Part shown: positions 25,778-38,115 of the stretch, in pieces
How the letters are laid out: every line of letters starts with the position of its first letter
How positions within the stretch are numbered: position 1 is the stretch's first letter
Source of the DNA: Squalus acanthias
Taxonomy: Eukaryota
Assembly (NCBI GenBank): GCA_030390025.1
Contig: CM059427.1
Span: 208,196,001 to 208,260,000 of the forward strand
Length of the DNA stretch: 64,000 bases
Reading direction: 5' to 3'
Made by a program: the position numbers and the translations under genes
Notes under the pieces: generated by a model
The model's database searches: none
Told to the model about the DNA's origin: nothing
The model's input: only the letters and a program-made list of their open reading frames with translations

Positions 25778-27982
25778 AAAGCAAACTACGAAGATATTAG
25801 TGGCGAGTTGGCTAAGGTAAATTGGGAAACTACATTAAAAGCTATGACAGTGAACGAGCAATGACTTGCATTTAAAGAATTAATACATCATTTACGACAA
25901 GTATACATTTCTTTCAGGCACAAAAACCCCACAGGAAAAGTGGTCCAACCGTGGCTAACAAGAGAAGTTAAAGATCGTATTAGATCAAAGGAAGAGACTT
26001 ATAATGATGCCAAAAGAGTAGTAAGCCAGGGGAGTTGGAGGATTTTAGAATTCAGCAAAAGAAGACCAAATAAATTGATAAAGAAAGGGAAAATAGAATA
26101 TGAGAGTAAACTTGCGAGAGATATAAAATCAGACTGTTAAAACTTCTATAGGTATGTAAAAATGTAAAGATTAGCGAAAGTAAATGTGGGTCCCTTACAG
26201 ACTGAGACAGGAGCAATTATAATGGGGAATAAGGAAATGGCACGGAAATTAAACAAATAATTTGTGTCCATCTCCACGGAAGAAGACGCAAAAAACGTCC
26301 CGGAAAAAGTGGACAACAAGGGCCTAGCGACAATGAGGAACTGAAAGATATTAGTATTAGTAAAGAAAAGTAGAACTGGAAAAATTAATGGGACTGAAAG
26401 CCGAGAAATTCCCTGGACCTGATGGCCTACATGCAATAGTTTTGAAAGAGTTGGCTATAGAGATAGTGGTTGTCATTTTACAAAATTCCATAGATTCAAG
26501 AACGGTTCCACTGGATTGGAAGGTAGCAAATGAAACCCCACTATTTAAGAAAGGAGGGAGAGAGAAAACGGGGAACTATAGATTAATTAGCCTGACATCA
26601 GTAGTAGGGAAAATACTAGAATCTATTATGAAGGACGTGGTAACAGGGCACTCAGAAACTGCAAATAAGATTGGGCAGAATCAAGAAGAATTTATGAAAG
26701 GGAAATCGTGTTTGACGGATCTGTTCGTGTTTTGAGGTTGTAACTTTCAGAATAGATAAGGGGGAACCAGTGGATGTGATGTATTTGGATTTTCAGAAGG
26801 CGTTCGATAAGGTGCCGCACAAGAGGTTGTTAAATAAAATTAGGGCTCATGGGATTGGGGGTAATATACTTTCATGAATTGAGGATTGTTTAACGGACAG
26901 AAAACAGAGAGTAGGAATAAACGGGTAATTTTCGGGATGGAAGGCTGTAACTAGTTGGGTACCGCAAGGATCAGTGCTTGGGCCTCAGCTATTCACAATC
27001 TACATTAATGATTTGGATGAGGGGACCAAATTTAATATATCCAATTTTGCTGATGAAACAAGGCTGGGTATGAATGTAAGTTGTGAGGAGGATTCAAAGA
27101 AGATTCAAGGGGATATAGACATGCTTCGTGAGTGGGCAAGAACATGGCAAATGGAATATAAGGTGGTGAAATGTGAAGTTATCCACTTTGGTAGGAAAAA
27201 CAGAAAAGCACAGTATTTTTTAAATGGTGAGAGATTGAGAAATGTTGGTGTTTAGAGGGAGCTTGGTGTCCTTGTGCACGAATCACTGAACGTTAACTTG
27301 CAGGTATAGCAAGCAATTAGGAAGGCAAATGGTATGTTGGCCTTTATTACAAGAGGATTTGAGTATCAGAGTAAAGACGTCTTACTGCAATGATATAGGG
27401 CCCTAGTGAGACCACACCCTGGGGTATTGTGTACAGTTTTGGTCTCCTTACCTAAGGAAAGGTTATACTTGCCATAGATAAAGTGCAAGGAAGGTTCACC
27501 AGACTGGTTCGTGGGATGGGGGGATTGTCATATGAGGATAGATTGAGTAGACTAGGCCTTTATTCTCTAGAGTTTAGAAGAATGAGATGTGATCACATTT
27601 AAACATACAACATTTTACATGGCTTGACAGGGTAGATGCAGCGAGGTTATTTCCCCTGACTGGGGAGTCTAAAACTAGAGATCAGAATCTCAGAATAAGG
27701 GATCGGCCATTTAGGTCTGAGCTGAGGAGAAATTTCTACACTCAGAGGGCAGTGAATATTTGGAATTCGCTAGCCCAGTGTGCTGTGGAGGCTCAGTCGT
27801 TGAGTATAGTCAAGACAGAGATCGATAGATTTTTGAATATTAAGGGAATCAAGAGATGTGTGGATAGTTCAGGAAAGTGGAGATGAGGGAGAAGATCAAC
27901 CATGATCTTATTGAATGGCGGAGCAGACTCGAAGCGCCAAACGGCCGACTCCTGCTCCTATTTCTATAGATTTTATGTTCTA
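25778..27982 (+). mobile_element. 5'-truncated CR1 LINE, degenerate
   Basis: [34 protein letters not shown]1 tail. Confidence 0.95.
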
Positions 27983-28141
27983 ACCCGTGATGTAATCTGA
28001 GCTGGGAGTGCTGGCGTTACAAGTATTGGGCCCGAGACCAGCAAACACACTACTTCAGATAAACAGCCCGCCCCTTGGCAAAAATGGGAAAACAATTAAT
28101 TGAGCGGCTGTGTGTTTAACTCACGATCGGAAGAAAAGGCC

Positions 28142-28157
28142 TTTATTGATTTTTATT
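28142..28157 (-). terminator. Two AATAAA poly(A) signals for secretory mu transcript
   Basis: 30-45 nt after the secretory stop. Confidence 0.75.
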
Positions 28158-28185
28158 TAAGAACTGAGATGCAATAGAGAGTTTC

Positions 28186-28576
28186 TCATTGATAATAATT
28201 GACGAAGTTCATCAATACAAGGGAAAGGTTCACAAACATTGTTCACCGCTGGATTTATTGACCGTTCTGGTGATGATCTTTTAGGGGATCGCTTCATGTC
28301 CCACCACACAGGAGTAAGAAGCGCCGCTGGCCCACTTCTCCGCTGCAATGGATAACAGGCAGTAGATGAAGAAGGAACTGCTGCCGTTCTCCGCCATCAC
28401 CTAGGTGTTCTTGTATTTGCTGGAATTCACCGGCTTGTCATTGACGGTCCACTTGACGACGATCTCTCGAGGGGAGAAACCTCTCCCTAAGCAGGTGATG
28501 ATGACGTACATCTGAGCGGAGACGTCTTCTGCCGAGGGCAGGACGACAGACACGGAAGGTTGCCGCGGATCTTTAG
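28186..28576 (-). pseudogene. IGHM: IgM Cmu4 + secretory tail exon
   Basis: [47 protein letters not shown]...NT*VMAENG...[29 protein letters not shown], frameshifted tail FVNLSLVLMNFVNYYQ*. Confidence 0.96.
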
Positions 28577-28759
28577 CTGCAGGACAATTACAATAAAGGA
28601 CAATAAACTGGAGAATTCCAGAGACAATGGAAGCAGTGGTTAAATGTGAGAGAAATGTGCTTTCCGCTGAATTTTAAAGGATTTATATTTCCCATCTGGA
28701 CCCTGTCCCATTTCCAGGCCGCAGCTGAGAGGTATACAATCCTTCTCTCTGAGAGTTTG

Positions 28760-28925
28760 AAGAGTTGAATTTACAGCACAGAAACAGGCCATTCGGCCCA
28801 ACAGCTCTGTGTCAATGTTTATGCTCCACAGGGGACTCCACCCACCTTACTTCATCTAACCCCAATAGCATATCCTTCTATTCCCTTTTCCCTCATGGAC
28901 TTATCTAGCTTCCCCCTAAGTGTTT
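28760..28925 (-). mobile_element. CR1 3' end fragment
   Basis: ACAGCACAGAAACAGGCCATTCGGCCCAAC tail motif. Confidence 0.75.
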
Positions 28926-29046
28926 TGTTAGTGGAATTACCAAGCTGAATTATCAGAGTAGTCCATTAAACTCTTAATAGAACGAATTGGCACAAGCACA
29001 GCAAATAGCCAAATGTCTCACTTATTGCTACAAACTCAGCGCTCAC

Positions 29047-29355
29047 CTTTTTCCTTGTGGGTGGAATTTCATTTAGGAGTCGGCATATCCTGATGGCTCA
29101 CCACGCAGTCGAACTCATCCCCACTCAGCCAGGCTTGTGTCGAGATGTTGATGTTGCTGATCACATTGCTGTGATCCTCTCCGTGTTGAACGGTAATCTC
29201 TGATTTCAAAGTCTCCTTTTCTCGGGTCCAGGTCACGGTGATTCCATAAAGAGCATCAGACACGACGCAGGTTAAGGTCACCGTCGCCTCCAGTAAGACC
29301 TGTTCTAGTGACGGTTGACGAAGTGTAATCACTGGACCGTTGCATGAGGAAGGAT
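29047..29355 (-). pseudogene. IGHM: IgM Cmu3 exon
   Basis: AG/GT bounded; [34 protein letters not shown]...[27 protein letters not shown]. Confidence 0.96.
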
Positions 29356-30107
29356 CTGTGAAACATAAATGATAATCAAACAAAGCTTCATCTTCAGAAT
29401 CAGGATGCCAGTGTTCAGCCATTACTGTCTCAAGGAGAATAAATCACCGTTGAGATATCACACTCACGCTGTTGCTTAAACACCATCATAATTGGAATGA
29501 CGAGGAATTGTCAACGATTCCGTGAGACTCTTTAACATTTCCTGTGTTTTTGCTCCACAGCCCCCTGTAATGGGCTGTGAAGCCAATACCCGGCGTTAAA
29601 CAAGGCAGAAATTCGGGCGTAATTGCTTTACGCACTGAATAGAGCTCTTCCGAAATATTTTGCTCATTTACGCCCGTCTATAGATCCTTGAGCCCGAACA
29701 CATCTCCGCACTTTACAACGGCTCCGCCCCCAGGTCAAGAGCTCGACACGAAAATTACAGTGGTCAAACCGAGTGTCAAACGAAATCCAAGATTTTGGGT
29801 GCAACAGGAAAGAAAGTTAATTTTCTGGTGTCTTGTTGTGATTTTTGTCGAAATGGAAATGTGCAGGAACCAGTTGCAGCCCCCGTCAGAGAAAAAGTGA
29901 ATGGTCGGGAGAATGGAGATCCAAGGGTTTGGTGGGGAATAGTTTGTAATGCCGGTGTGAGGTAGTTTGTTCATTTCTGTCATAAGTGAGCATTTATCGT
30001 GTCTGATGAGAGAAAGTCAGAATGAAATATGACCGCAGGGCAGTATTAGCAACACAGGAACAGGATGAGGTCATTCAGCCCATCCAACCTGTTCCGCCAT
30101 CCAGTTA

Positions 30108-31762
30108 TACATAGATACATAGAAGATAGGAGCAGGAGTAGGCCATCCGGCCCTTCGAGCCTGCTCCGCCATTTAATGAGATCATGGCTGATCCTCCAAT
30201 TCAGTATCCCGTCCCCGCCTTCTCTCCGTAACCCTTAACCCCTTTTGCCTGTAGAAATATATCTAATTCCCTCTTAAATATATTTAATGAGCTGGCGTAC
30301 ACTGCCCTCTGTGGCAATGAGTTCCACAGGTTCACCACCCTCTGAGTGAAGAAATTCCCCCTCATTTCTGTCCTAAATGGTTTAGCCCTTATCCTTAAAT
30401 TATGTCCTCTAGTTCTGTTCTCACCCGCCAAGTGAAACATTCCTTCTGCATCTAGTCTGTCTAGACCTGTCAGAATTTTATACACTTCTATGAGGTCCCC
30501 TCTCAATCTTCTAAACTCCAGTGTGTACATCCCTAAACTACATAGTCTCTCCTCATAGGTCAATCCCGCCATTCCTGGTATCAGCCTGGTGAATCGCCGC
30601 TGCACCCCCTCCATGGCAAGAACATCTTTCCTCAGATGAGGCGACCAAAACTGTACACAGTACTCGAGGTGTGGTCTCACCAGTGCCCTGTACAGCTGCA
30701 GCAAGGTATCCCTGTTCCTGTATTCCAACCCTTTTGCTATGAAGGCCAGCATACCGTTTGCCTTCTTGATCGCCTGTTGCACCTGCATGCTCGCCTTCAG
30801 TGACTGGTGTACAAGAACACCCAGGTCTCTCTGTACTTCCCCCTCTCCCAATTTATTGCCATTTAAATAATAATTTGCCCTCCCGTTCCTGCACCCAAGG
30901 TGGATAACTTCGCACTTGTCCACATTATAGTGCATCTGCCATTTATCCGCCCAATCACCCAGTCTGTCCAAATCGCTCTGGAGCTTCCTGGTCTCCTCCT
31001 CTGAGCCCACCCCCCCTCCTAGTTTAGTGTCGTCTGCAAATTTGGAAATGCTGCATCCGACTCCCTGATCCAGGTCATTAATGTAAATTGTGAACAGCTG
31101 GGGACCCAGGACAGATCCCTGTGGTACCCCACTTGTTACTGCCTGCCATTCAGAAAATGAGCCGTTTATTCCAACTCTCTGTTTTCTATCTGACAGCCAG
31201 TTCTCTATCCACGTCAATACTTTCCCCTTTATCCCATGAGCTTCAATTTTCCCTGCTAATCTTTTATGTGGGACCTTATCGAAGGCCTTTTGGAAATCCA
31301 GGTACACCACATCTACTGGCTCTCCCCCATCTATTTTACCAGTTACTCCCTCAAAAAATTCCAATAGATTAGTCAAGCACGATTTACCCTTTGTAAATCC
31401 ATGTTGACTCTGTCCTATCCTGTCCCCATTTGCTAAGTGCTCCGCTATTTCATCCTTAATGATGGACTCCAGCATTTTGCCCACAACTGATGTAAGGCTT
31501 ACAGGTCTGTAATTACCTGCTTTTTCCCTACCCCCCTTTTTGAATAGTGGGGTAACGTTAGCTACCCTCCAATCCATGGGCACTGTTCCCGAGTCTAATG
31601 AATTCTGAAAAATCATACTTAGTGCATCCGCTATCTCTAGGGCCACCTCCTTCAGCACCCTAGGATGCATGTTATCAGGCCCTGGGGATTTGTCCGCCTT
31701 CAATCCCTTTAGCTTCCTTAACACCATATCCTTAGAGATATTGACTTGCGTCAGTTCCATGA
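30108..31762 (-). mobile_element. Young 5'-truncated CR1 with uninterrupted RT ORF, nested in an older CR1 3' fragment (30050-32240)
   Basis: 527-aa open ORF 30201-31784 with [15 protein letters not shown]; older CR1 tail continues on both sides. Confidence 0.96.
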
Positions 31763-32444
31763 CTGATCTGCAGCTCAACACCATCTACCCGCCTTGTTTC
31801 TGTAACCCTTGACACCCTTGTCTAACGAAAATCCAGCAAACTCAGTTTTGAAAATTTCAATTGATCCCCAGCCTCAACAGCTTTTTGGGGGAGATAATTC
31901 CAGATTTCCACTATTCTTTGTGTAAAGGAATCCTTCCTGACATCACCGCTGCACGGCCTAGCTCTAATTTTATGGTTATGCTCCTTGTTCTGGACTCCCA
32001 CACCAGAGGAAATATTTCCTCTATATCAACACGATCAATTCAATTTATCAACTTAAACAACTCAATTTGATCACCTCTTAATCTTCTATACTCAATGGAA
32101 TACAAGCCTATTATGTGCAACCTCTCCTCATTATTTAACTCTTTTATCCGTGGTATCATTCTGGTAAACCTGCACTGTAGCCCCTCCAATGACAGTATAT
32201 CCTGCCTGATGTGTGGAGCCCAGAATTGAACGCAGTTCTTTGAATAGGGTAGATGCCCTTTCTATCACTGGGTTCCTGGACAGTTACCAGTAAAGGGTTC
32301 CAGACACCTACTGCCGCTCCGAAAATGATCATCCAACGCAGGCTAAACCTGAGACCAAGGACATCTCACTCACTGTCTGACACCAGAGCAGAGGGAAACA
32401 TTATTTGCCGAGGTTATTAAATACTGAACCGTGAGGAATCCTGA

Positions 32445-32730
32445 TTCAGAAGATCGTGTGTTCAAGTTCCACTCTAGAGACTTTAAAACAAAATGTAAAT
32501 CGACACTCCCAGTTCAGTACTGAGGGAGAGCTGCACTGTCGGAGGTGCTGTCTTTCACATAAGATGTTAAACCGAAGCTCCGCCTGCTCTCGCAGGTGGG
32601 CGTAATAGATCCCATGACACTATTTCCAGGAAGAGCAGGGGAGTTCTCCCCGGTGTCCTGGCCAATATTAATCCCACAATCAATATCACTGAACAAAAGG
32701 ATTATCTGGTCATTATCACAGTGCTGTAAG
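32445..32730 (+). mobile_element. DeuSINE
   Basis: CAGTACTGAGGGAGAGCTGCACTGTCGGAGGTG core, homologous to 9725-10045. Confidence 0.8.
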
Positions 32731-33495
32731 AACATAAGAAACAGGAGCAGGAGTCCGACAATCGGCCCCTCGAGCCTGCTCCGCCATTCGATAAGATCAT
32801 GGCTGATCCAATCTTGACCTCAACACCACTTTTCCGCTCACTCCCCATACCCATTGACTCCCTTGCAGTTGAAATATCTGTCAATCTCCGCCTTGAATAT
32901 ATTCAATGACACAGCCTCCACAGCTCTCTGGGGTAGAGAATTCCAAAGATTCACAATCCTCTGAGAAGAAATTCCTCCTCATCTCCATCTTAAATGGGCG
33001 ATCCCTTATTCTGGACCTACGCCCCCTAGTTCTAGATATCCCACTAGGGGAAACATCCTCTCACCATCTAACCTGTCAATCCCCCTCAGAATCGTATATG
33101 TTTCAATAAGATCACCTCTCATTCTTCTAATCTCCAATGAGTATAGGCCCAACCTGCTCAACATTTCATCATACGTCAACCCCTTCATCCCAGGAATCAT
33201 CCCAGTGAACCACCTCTGAACTGCCTTCAATGCATGTATATCCTTCCTTAAATATGGAGACCAAACTGTACGCAGTGGCTACAGGTGCGGCCTCACCAGC
33301 GCCCTGTAAAGTTGCATCAAAACTTCCCTACTTATATACTCCATACCCCTTGCAATAAAGGCCTACATTCCATTAGCCTTCCTAATTACTTGCTGCACCT
33401 GCATGCTAACTTTTTGTGTTTCGTGTACTAGGACCCCCAGGTCCCTTTGTACCGCAGCATTTTGTAATCTCACTTCATTTAAATAATATTTTTTT
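32728..33495 (-). mobile_element. CR1 3' fragment
   Basis: RLGLYSLEIRRMRGDLIETY and tail. Confidence 0.9.
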
Positions 33496-33943
33496 GTTAT
33501 AGCTGTTTGTATGACCTTACTGTGTGTAAATTGGCTGCCGCGATTTTTACATTACACTAGTGACCACATTTCAAGAAACATTTCCTTGGCGGTGAAGCGC
33601 TTTGGGACGTCCGCTTGTCGGGAAAGGCTGTTCTTTCTTTTATATTGGAACAAAACACAAAGAGAATGATTGTAAATTAAAAACAGAGCTAACTCAGGGC
33701 AAACCTGAGACGAAGGACACCTCACTCACTGTCTGACATCACAGCAGAGGGAAACCTTCGTTGGCGACGTGATGGAATCCTGAACGGTGAGGAATCCTGA
33801 GTCAGCACTTACATCAGAAGGAAACACAAACTGCTTGATTGTAAACTAGACATAGCTCGGTGCTTTTTACTAATTTCAACAAAAGTCCTGACTGAGATTA
33901 GCGCCCAGAATGAACTGGAACTTCCCTGGGTTGTGTCTCTTAC

Positions 33944-34258
33944 CCGGAGATCTGGTGATGTCGTGGCTTTGGGTGACTACTTCATGAGTGACCTAGCAGG
34001 TACAGACCGAGCCGGTGAACCATTCCCCGGCGGGGACTGTCAGCAGACTGGTCGCCGAGAAGTTCCCGTTCACTTCACAGACGGGAGAGGTGACGAAGCC
34101 CGCATCAATGTGTTGTCCATTCTTCAGCCAATTCACGGTCAGTGACTCTGGATGGAAATCCATGATTTAACGCACGACGTTTGGAAATCTGCTGCTGTTG
34201 ATTTGTTCACTGGAAATCAGCGTGAGGATAACAGTTGGAGGGACGTCCGGTTTAGAAC
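33944..34258 (-). pseudogene. IGHM: IgM Cmu2 exon
   Basis: [100 protein letters not shown]; GTAAG donor. Confidence 0.95.
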
Positions 34259-34371
34259 CTCCAAGAGAGCACATGTTAATGAAATTCCTTACAAAATAAA
34301 TGATTAAAAAATGCATAGTATCCTTATATTTTGACAGGTCCCTTACTATCATGCTCACATTAACCTGGCAC

Positions 34372-35545
34372 TTCAGGAGACCAGAACTGTTCACAGTGCA
34401 CCAAGTGTGATATGGAGACCAGAGCTGTGCACTGTATTCTAAATGTGATATGGAGACCAGAGCTGTGCACTGTATTCTAAATGTGATAAGGAGACCAGAG
34501 CTGTGCACAGTATTCAAAGTGTGATATGGAGACCAAAACTGTGCACAATATTCTAAGTGTAATATGGAGACCGGAACGCTACACATTATAGTAAGTGAAA
34601 TATGGAGACGAGAAATCTGCACAGTATTCTAAGTGTGATATGGAGATCTGAACTCTGCACAGTACAGTAAGTGTGTTATGGAGACCACAACTGATCAACG
34701 TATTCTAAGTGTGATATGGAGTGCGGAACTCTACTCAGTATTCTATGTGTGATATGAGACCAGAACTGTGCACAGAACTCTAAATGTGATATGAGACCAG
34801 AACTGTGCACAGTATTCGAAGTGTGATATGTAGACCTGAACTCTGCACAGTACAGTAAATGTGATATGGAGACCAGAATTGTGCACAATACTTTAAGTAT
34901 GATGTGGAGCCCAGAACTGTGCAGTGCTGTAAATGTGATATCGAGGCCACAATTCTGCACAGTACAACAAGTGTGATATGGAGACTGGAAATCTGCAAAG
35001 TACACTATGTGTGATATGGAGACCAGAACTGTGCACAGTATTGTAAATGTGATATGGAGACCTGAACTCTACACAGTATTCAAAGTGTGATACGAGACCA
35101 GAACTTTGCACGATACTTTATGTATGGTGTGGAGACCTGAACTGTGCAACGTTGTAAATGTGATATGGCGGCCAGAATTCTGCACAGTACAACACCTGTG
35201 ATGTGGAGAGCAGAATTGTGTACAGTACACTAAGTGTGATATGGAGACTGGAACTCTGCAAACTATACTAAATGTGATATGGAGACCAGAACTGTGCACA
35301 GTATTCTGAATGTGATATGGAAACCAGAATTATGCACAGCATTCGAAGTGCGATATGGAGACCAGAACAATGCACAGTATTGTAAATGTGATATGAAGAC
35401 CAGAACTGCGCACAGCACACTAAATGTGATATGTAGACCGGAACACTGTAAAGTACTCTAAGTGTGATATGGAGACAAGAATTGTTCACAATACTATAAG
35501 TGTGGACTATCCAAGTTTATATAAATATTGAACATAACTCCTCAC
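34372..35545. repeat. 38-bp tandem repeat derived from CR1 ORF2
   Basis: GTGTGATATGGAGACCAGAACTGTGCACAGTATTCTAA units; minus strand encodes HLEYCAQFWSPY. Confidence 0.93.
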
Positions 35546-35583
35546 CTTATGACAGTTTCCCCCGTGTATCCCATAACACTAAC

Positions 35584-35883
35584 CTGCCATTGTGATGTTC
35601 CAGACCGACTCACTTCGTCGAACCACGCAATAGATTGTGCTGCTCCCCACCTCTGACTCGGTGAGGGTTAACTGGCTGCTCAGGGTGTAGGTTCCCCTCA
35701 TGTTGAGCACTGATGGGTAAGTCTTAAATCCAGTGGTGAGCGGCTCTTCATCTTTCTTCTAGGAAAGGCTGGTGATTTCGGGGAAGTAGTCCATCGCTAA
35801 ACAGCCGAAGGTCACGGAGCTGTCAGTGTTGGATTGTACACAGGAGGAGAGCAGGGCGTAGAGGATGGGAGGAGACGGTGTCG
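35584..35883 (-). pseudogene. IGHM: IgM Cmu1 exon
   Basis: [94 protein letters not shown]; AG/GT bounded; domain Trp codon is TAG. Confidence 0.96.
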
Positions 35884-36479
35884 CTGGGAAAGTATGGCCA
35901 ATTGAACAAGTTGGACTCTGTAATCCGTGCTCATAAAAAAACCAAAGAACTCGAAATCTGACTGCAGGATAAATTATTTCCATCATTTTCCGCTCGAAGA
36001 CTACATCGGCATTTGAGCTTCTATCAGTTCCATCATACGCACCTGTCGATCCCTTGGTCAGGAACACATCTCTGTAACCCCGAGCTCTATCACATTACAG
36101 AAATAAGAACCTTTTCTCCTCACCACAATAAAGTATATTTCAATGGATCATACAATAGAAGAGCAGAGACGTGTCCCTGTTATTTCGGTCAGCATTTATG
36201 TCTCAATCAACGACACTTTTAGTCATTTATTTCACGGCAGTTTTTTGAAATTGGCTCTGTGTCAATTGACTTCTGCATTTCCTTACAAAACAAGAGTGAC
36301 TACACTTCAGAAGTAACAGCGTAATCCGTGCTTATAAAATTAGCTAAAAATCCTCAAACCTTGACTACCATAGAATTGAACAGGGCCTAGTTTCTAAGAT
36401 CTGCAGATGAAGAGGGAATGATTCGAATCTATCCCTTTCCTTCTCAGTATTTAAGGAAGAGCGATGTTCTTCAACGCAC

Positions 36480-37072
36480 TGTGATTTGTGATAGCGTATG
36501 GTATACTTGGCTTTGTAAATGGTGAACTGAATGTAAAAAAACAAGGAAGTTGTGCTAAACCTTTACAAATCACGGGTTAGGCCTCAGCTGGAGTATTGTG
36601 CACAATTCTGGCACCACAATTTAGGAAGGATGACAAGGCCTCGAAGAGGGTACAGAGGAGGTTTACCAGGATGATACCAGGGACGAGGAACTTCAGTTGT
36701 GTGCAGAGATTGGAGAAGCTGGGATGTTCTCCTTCGAGCAGAAGTTAGGTGGAGACCTAATAGAGGTATTCAAAGATATGGGAGGTTTTGATAGAACAAA
36801 TAGACAGAACCTGTTTCCTCTGGCAAGTAGGTCACAGATTTAAAATAATTGTCAAAGATCTAGAGGGTAAATTGGGGTAATTTCTTCACACGAAGGGTTG
36901 CTAATTTCTGGAATGCACCAGACAGCTGGACATGTAATTGAAGAGTACTCATTTGCAGCGTTACGAGGAAAATACTGGGGTATTGGACGAAATTGGACAG
37001 CTCTTTCAGAGCCGGCACAGGCAAGACGGGCCGAATTGCCTCTTTCTGTGCTCTAAGTTGCACTGATTCTAC
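36480..37072 (+). mobile_element. Old CR1 3' fragment
   Basis: GGTTAGGCCTCAGCTGGAGTATTGTGCACAATTCTGG and tail. Confidence 0.8.
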
Positions 37073-37799
37073 ACGAGTCAGCGGAAATAGTTCTTCCCGA
37101 TTGAATGGAAGGAAACGTTTCATATTCTGAACACCTATCAGATCTATTTTATTCGTTGTTATAAAGAAAGAGGATATTTAAAATAAAGGGATATCAGCAA
37201 TCTGACGTAACTGAGTGAATCGGTTACTGTTATAAAGTCTTAAAGCTCATTGTGAATGACGGCTCATTGCAGGCTGACTGTAAATCATTAAATGTTTCAC
37301 AGAAGTGCAGCTCAGTGACTGACAGCCTTGTGTTCTGACCCAGTTCAATAACTGCAACTCGGCCGAATTTGTCCCTTTTCCAAAGAAAATTGAACGAAAC
37401 AATGGTTTCAAACATAAAGTTCCCATGATGGTTATTTGGCGCGGGAGAATCAACATTCTACATTTAAATTTTCAAAATAACTTCCAGCCCCCCGTCAGAC
37501 CAGAACAGACGCTGCTTTCTGGAGCGTTACAGTCACTTCCTGAATCTGTTTGTTCTGAAAGTGAGCTCCGGATCAGACCAATCTCATTCAATAATTATCT
37601 GATACTCAAAATGTTTAAACATTAACAAATCATTCAAATTTGGGCATTTTTTTCAGAAAGAACGTTAACATCAATTAATGTGCATTGTGTCATCGGGGCA
37701 ATGGAACGATTTATTTTTATATATCTGGCTCAAGCACTCGCGCCTTATTAGTTAGATGCCGATTAAGGTTCCTTCAATACTGTTGGAAAAACCATTCTC

Positions 37800-38115
37800 A
37801 TGACAGATACAGGACAGATAAAATATAGTAAATCTCACTCTACACTGCTCTGTCACGCACTGTAAGGTCAGCTATAGCAAAGGTTGAATTCACTTTAAAC
37901 AGCCTACTGCACTGTCCTGTCAGACACTCCGGGTCAAATATAGCAAGGTTTACATTTCGAGTAAAGCTCCCTCTACAATTTTCCGTCAAACACTCCCAGG
38001 GCAGTTACAGCACCAGTTCGATACAGAATAAAGTTCCCTCTACACTGTCCCTTCAAACACTCCCAGGGCAGGTACAGCATGGGTTAGAAACTGACAAAAG
38101 CTCCTTATACAGTCT
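37800..38115. repeat. Degenerate 67-bp minisatellite (reverse orientation)
   Basis: AAACACTCCCAGGGCAGGTACAGCA units. Confidence 0.75.

Noticed and set aside
30201-31784. 527-aa RT ORF as a domesticated gene
   Set aside because: Ordinary young 5'-truncated CR1 with its tail; the ORF start comes from flanking sequence
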